From contig CAWKBC010000027.1 of assembly GCA_963847705.1 (NCBI GenBank), forward strand, positions 512,001-576,000: a DNA stretch of 64,000 nucleotides. Reading direction: 5' to 3'. The notes under the pieces were generated by a model. The model had not been told where the DNA came from. It searched no databases and saw only the letters and a list, made by a program, of their open reading frames with translations. This document shows positions 62,009-64,000 of this stretch, one piece after another. Source of the DNA: an uncultured Pseudomonadota bacterium. GTDB lineage: Bacteria > Myxococcota_A > Polyangia > Fen-1088. The translations under genes were made by a program, and so were the position numbers. Position 1 is the stretch's first letter. The number at the start of each line of letters is the position of its first letter.

Positions 62009-64000
62009 AGCAGGGGGAACGACACGAGGCGCTGTCGCGCGTGCTCACCAGCCTGGCGGGTGTTCCCCCGTCGGCCGATGACATCAGCGACGATCGGGTG
62101 GCGGCCATCGTCGCCACGGGGCTCTTGACCCTGCCCACGACCGCCATCGACGAGGTGATCCGTCAATCGCTGGCGGCGGTGGGTCTTCAGCGCGGCGTCG
62201 ACCGCGCCTACTACTACCGTCTGGACGAGGCCGCAGGAACGATCGAGCTGACCCACGAGTGGCACGCGCCCGAGGTGGGATCGCTCGGCAGCGTCCCGAA
62301 GTACGCCCGGATGACGCTCGATCTCCTCCCGCCCGCCTTCCTGGCCAATCTGAAGCGGGGGGGGATGTTGCGGCTGCCGAGCACGCGCCAATTTTTGGGC
62401 GGGCCGGTCGAGCAGCTGGTCGCGCCCGACGGAGATCGTGCGCTGGCCCTGGTCCCCGTCCTGGTCGAAGGACTGCTGGTGGGCGTCGCCGGATTCGCCG
62501 CCGCCCCCGGCACCCTCTGCGAGCCAAAGGATCTGGTGCTGTTGCAGGTGGTCGCGCAGGGGGTGGCCCGCGCGGTCGAACGCGGTCGGATCGATCAGGC
62601 GCTGGCGGCCAGCGAGGGGCGCTTCCGCGCCACCTGCGAGGCGTCGCCGTTCGGCATCTTCCTGTCGGGGCCGCGCGGCGAGTGCCTGTACGTCAACGCC
62701 GCGGGACAGCGAATCCTCGGGCTCTCCGCGGACGACGCGCAGGGGCGGGGATGGATGAGCGCGCTGCACCCCGAGGATCGCGACCGGATCATTTCTTATT
62801 GGGGGTCGGCGGTCGAGACCGGCGCGGGTTACACCACGCCGATCCACCGGTTCGTCCACCCGAACGGCGCGGTCGCGTTCGTCGAGGTGCGGGCGGTGCC
62901 GGTGACCGGCACGCTCGGCGACCGGAACTTCCTGGGGATCCTCGAGGACGTCACCGGGCGAATCGCCGCCGAGCGGGAACGACAGGAGCTCCTGGCCAGC
63001 GCCGAGGCGGCCCGCATCGAGGCCGAGACCGCGCGCAAGGAGGCGGAGAACGCCCGCTCCGAGGTCGCCAGCATCCTCTCGCGCATCTCGGATGCCTTCA
63101 TCGCGCTCGATCTGGAGGGGCGGTACACCTACGCCAACGATCGCGCCATCGCGATGATGGGGCTGACGCGCGAAAATCTCCTGGGCCAGGCCGCCTGGTC
63201 GCTCTTCCCGCACATCCAGGGGAGCGCCTTTCAGCAGGCGTTCGAACAAGCGGTGCGGGAGCAGCGTCCGGTCGCCGTCGAGGGGCGCGCCACCAACGAC
63301 AACCGCTGGTTCGACGTGCGCGTCTATCCTTCCGCCACCGGCGTGTCGATCTTTTTCGAGGACGTCTCCGATCGCAAGCGCCACGAGGAGGAGCTGACCG
63401 CCGATCGCGACTACCTGCGCCAGGAGCTGGGCGGGCGCGACGCGGAGTCCGAGGTGGTCGGGCTCGATCCGGGCCTGCGGCGGGTGATGGAGACGGTCGC
63501 GCGCGTGGCCGGCACCAACACCAACGTCCTCATCACCGGCGAGACGGGGACCGGCAAGGAGCTGGTGGCGCGGGCGATTCACGACGCCAGCCCGCGGCGC
63601 GAGCGGCTCCTGGTGAAGGTGAACTGCGCGGCGATCTCGGCGGGGCTCGTGGAGAGCGAGCTGTTCGGTCATGAAAAAGGGGCCTTCACCGGCGCCGTGC
63701 AGCGGCGCAAGGGGCGGTTCGAGCTGGCCCACGGCGGCACCCTGTTCCTCGACGAGGTGGGCGAGCTCCCTCCGGAGACACAGGTCAAGCTGCTGCGGGT
63801 CCTGCAGGAGCGCGAGTTCGAACGGGTCGGCGGCAGCGAGACCGTGCGCATCGACGTGCGCCTCATCGCCGCGACCAACCGCAACCTGCGCGAGATGGTG
63901 GCGCGCGGGCGCTTCCGCGAAGATCTCTATTACCGGCTGGCGGTCTTCCCGGTCGCGCTCCCTCCGCTGCGCGAACGGGTGGCCGACATCCCGCTCCTGG
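62005..64000 (+). CDS. Sigma-54 enhancer-binding protein with GAF-like and two PAS domains (partial, runs off window end)
   Basis: Not in the ORF track because it has no stop in the window. [10 protein letters not shown]...; PAS motifs [10 protein letters not shown] and DAFIALD; AAA+ motifs [39 protein letters not shown]; ATGA overlap with the REC gene. Confidence 0.93.
   Translation, partial: MKQGERHEALSRVLTSLAGVPPSADDISDDRVAAIVATGLLTLPTTAIDEVIRQSLAAVGLQRGVDRAYYYRLDEAAGTIELTHEWHAPEVGSLGSVPKYARMTLDLLPPAFLANLKRGGMLRLPSTRQFLGGPVEQLVAPDGDRALALVPVLVEGLLVGVAGFAAAPGTLCEPKDLVLLQVVAQGVARAVERGRIDQALAASEGRFRATCEASPFGIFLSGPRGECLYVNAAGQRILGLSADDAQGRGWMSALHPEDRDRIISYWGSAVETGAGYTTPIHRFVHPNGAVAFVEVRAVPVTGTLGDRNFLGILEDVTGRIAAERERQELLASAEAARIEAETARKEAENARSEVASILSRISDAFIALDLEGRYTYANDRAIAMMGLTRENLLGQAAWSLFPHIQGSAFQQAFEQAVREQRPVAVEGRATNDNRWFDVRVYPSATGVSIFFEDVSDRKRHEEELTADRDYLRQELGGRDAESEVVGLDPGLRRVMETVARVAGTNTNVLITGETGTGKELVARAIHDASPRRERLLVKVNCAAISAGLVESELFGHEKGAFTGAVQRRKGRFELAHGGTLFLDEVGELPPETQVKLLRVLQEREFERVGGSETVRIDVRLIAATNRNLREMVARGRFREDLYYRLAVFPVALPPLRERVADIPLL

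Noticed and set aside
61807-63732. 641-aa minus and 471-aa plus ORFs near the window end
   Set aside because: Shadows of the sigma-54 activator, which starts at 62005 and runs off the window.

Overview
High-GC (roughly 70% by eye) bacterial chromosome segment, most likely Myxococcota (Polyangia-like), judged from a MYXO-CTERM-type tail, an AgmX/GltG-like TonB-C protein, an SCE4755-family LPMO-like protein and an FHA-GGDEF cyclase. I saw no rRNA, tRNA, CRISPR array, integrase or transposase. The main theme is about a dozen exported proteins, mostly lipoproteins with long Gly/Thr (TGG)n linkers. Many carry plant-cell-wall enzymes: CE8, two GH28, two GH43, GH53, GH105, a GH45-like domain and an LPMO-like domain. 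Also present: housekeeping genes (ligA, rnhB, def, tag), an assimilatory nitrate reductase pair, modABC, a bufferin-type MNIO RiPP cluster, bacillithiol genes bshC-bshA, and a two-component/sigma-54 regulatory block. Best leads: (1) an apparently circularly permuted GH45 endoglucanase; (2) bshC-bshA sharing overlapping divergent -10 elements with an operon for an exported PIG-L/LmbE amidase, a small membrane protein, a Na+/solute symporter and an exported DinB protein, a candidate extracytoplasmic bacillithiol conjugation/salvage system; (3) a surface-tethered pectinolytic set with a shared candidate operator; (4) a recurring leaderless/bidirectional promoter signature. Two 1-nt frameshifts (about 5584 and about 50519) may be assembly errors. 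All family calls come from motif recognition by eye, not from database searches.
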